From a virus: a stretch of 64,000 bases of DNA. How positions within the stretch are numbered: the first letter of the stretch is position 1; each line of letters opens with the position of its first letter. The translations under genes and the position numbers were made by a program. The stretch lies in the IMG/VR virus record IMGVR_UViG_3300040801_001435; one strand, 5' to 3'. This document shows positions 62,621 to 64,000 of this stretch, in pieces. The notes beneath the pieces are model-generated. The model was not told where the DNA came from. It was given only the letters and a program-made list of their open reading frames with translations, and searched no databases.

Positions 62621-62643
62621 ATTTCTATATATTATACAGAAAT
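62621..62643. promoter_or_regulatory. divergent pair TATAGAAAT / TACAGAAAT
   Basis: Minus copy 62621-62629; plus copy with 1 mismatch 62635-62643. Confidence 0.5.
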
Positions 62644-62655
62644 ATATAAATTATT

Positions 62656-63132
62656 ATGATTAGAAAAAAGAAGCGTGTTAAACGCAAAAAAATATATTAT
62701 ACATATAAAGGTAATCGTTGCAGTAAAGGTGAATATCGAATAGCAACCATACTTGAAAAATTAAATATTCCATTTACAAGAGAACAAACATTTTCTACAT
62801 GTAAATCTCCTAAAAACAATCCTCTTAGATTTGATTTTTTTATTAAGCAATATGGTCTTCTTATTGAGTTTCAAGGACATCACCACTATAAACCAATAAG
62901 TAAGAGAAAGAAAGATATTGCCACACATAAGCGGACTGTAATACATGATCAAATCAAAGAAGCATTTGTTAGAAGACATAAATACAATTATGCTAAAATA
63001 CCATATAAATACATTGATAGATTAGATAGTATTATTAAATCATTAGTTCGTAACATGGAAGAAAAAAATAAAGAGGATGTATATATTTATGACGAAGCTA
63101 ATAAAGAAACAGATAACAACTCAGATAAATAA
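62656..63132 (+). CDS. PD-(D/E)XK / Vsr-like endonuclease
   Basis: SKGEYRI...LRFDFFI...LIEFQGHHHY. Confidence 0.7.
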   Translation: MIRKKKRVKRKKIYYTYKGNRCSKGEYRIATILEKLNIPFTREQTFSTCKSPKNNPLRFDFFIKQYGLLIEFQGHHHYKPISKRKKDIATHKRTVIHDQIKEAFVRRHKYNYAKIPYKYIDRLDSIIKSLVRNMEEKNKEDVYIYDEANKETDNNSDK

Positions 63133-63418
63133 TTTTTTCAAAATAACAGATATTCCAATTGGATCACTTCTTATAGATGTTTGTGATCAATCGTCTATAG
63201 GAAACGAAATAACTTGCAAGTTTGTATATTTAGTTGATTTAGAAGCGCCTGTAGAAAAGGAAATGTATTATATTTTTATGACATCTGAATGCTCTGAACT
63301 TAATTGCGATATTAGTGATCTTAAATTTATTTATAAATTTGGAAACAAATACTTATTTGAAAATCCATATCCATGTTCTATTGAATATCTTAAACAGATG
63401 GGTGATATCTGTGAGTGA
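63077..63418 (+). CDS. hypothetical protein
   Basis: ORF in the plus-strand operon. Confidence 0.5.
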   Translation: MYIFMTKLIKKQITTQINNFFKITDIPIGSLLIDVCDQSSIGNEITCKFVYLVDLEAPVEKEMYYIFMTSECSELNCDISDLKFIYKFGNKYLFENPYPCSIEYLKQMGDICE

Positions 63419-64000
63419 CGATGTTTATGTTATTGATAAATTTGGTAGGAAAGTTAAATTGGATTTAGTTATTGACGAAGACAGCAAACAGGTTCAAGTT
63501 AAGTTATCCCGCCGCAATAAAACAAAAATTCCAGATATTAAAGAAAATGATATCATTTTACGAAGAACAGAAAGTAATTAAGCAAACCCAAACAAAGAAC
63601 TACGATATAGACGACTACAGAAATCCACCAAAGAAAAATATCATTGGATACAGGACCAAAGTTATTGATCCTGACCTCAATGGAAAAAGAGTTCTCATTC
63701 GTTTAGCTTTACTTAAAAATGGAACTACTAAAGCTATTTCTAAATGGGTTGCCCGGCAAGCTGATTAACAATAGGTTCAGCATTAATATTTTCTATAATG
63801 GGAAACTGTTGTACATGTCTTTCTTGTTCACGATAGAATCCAGTTTGCATTTCCTGTAAATCATAGCAGTTTGAAAAATCAACACCTCTTTCAATTAGAT
63901 ATTGTTTGACAACTTTAGCTAGTTTTTCATCTTCTCTTATTGGTTTATTAAATTTTAATTTTATTTGTCCAACTTGGTGATATGGCTGTGTGCAATTTTC

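Noticed and set aside
63472-63768. Choosing between overlapping plus ORFs 63315-63581 and 63472-63768
   Set aside because: Neither has a recognisable motif, so the starts cannot be resolved from sequence alone; left uncalled
1-64000. Genome-wide stop-codon reassignment (code 4 or 15)
   Set aside because: Long conserved genes (beta', LigA, helicase) are uninterrupted in code 11 and use TGG for Trp; TGA and TAG end genes in ATGA overlaps
1-64000. tRNA genes and CRISPR arrays
   Set aside because: No T-loop GTTCGA within a cloverleaf with CCA-type end, and no regularly spaced repeat-spacer units seen; tRNAscan or CRISPRCasFinder would confirm
1-64000. Bacterial chromosome or NCLDV origin
   Set aside because: Divergent split RNAP, gp13-like neck gene, dense tiny ORFs and Shine-Dalgarno sites fit a large tailed phage; no ribosomal operons or eukaryotic-virus hallmarks seen

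Overview
AT-rich (roughly 25-30% GC by eye), densely coding segment of a large (jumbo-type) tailed bacteriophage, read in standard code 11 and almost entirely on the minus strand. It encodes its own multi-subunit RNA polymerase (a compact unsplit beta', and beta split into two genes in permuted order), NAD-dependent ligase, RNase HI, 5'-3' exonuclease, SSB, an HU-like protein, an AEP primase-SF2 helicase fusion next to an origin-like non-coding block, a T4 gp13-like neck protein, translation factors (IF3, RF1-like), tRNA-synthetase-like fragments, many nucleotide/end-healing enzymes and dozens of small hypothetical ORFs. Most notable: (1) an array of nine coupled small acidic genes sharing an N-terminal MKIRxxFVANSSSSSF motif, interrupted by a CX5R phosphatase and co-oriented downstream of a SPASM-type radical SAM enzyme; (2) an RF1-like gene with an in-frame TGA at a position that is Trp in RF1; (3) a dispersed GC-rich DNA motif (CGCCGCAAT core) embedded in all six reading frames with strand bias; (4) a candidate phage promoter TATAGAAAT; (5) a ~210 nt promoter-driven structured RNA; (6) a three-minigene plus hairpin unit. 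All calls come from motif recognition by eye; no searches were run.
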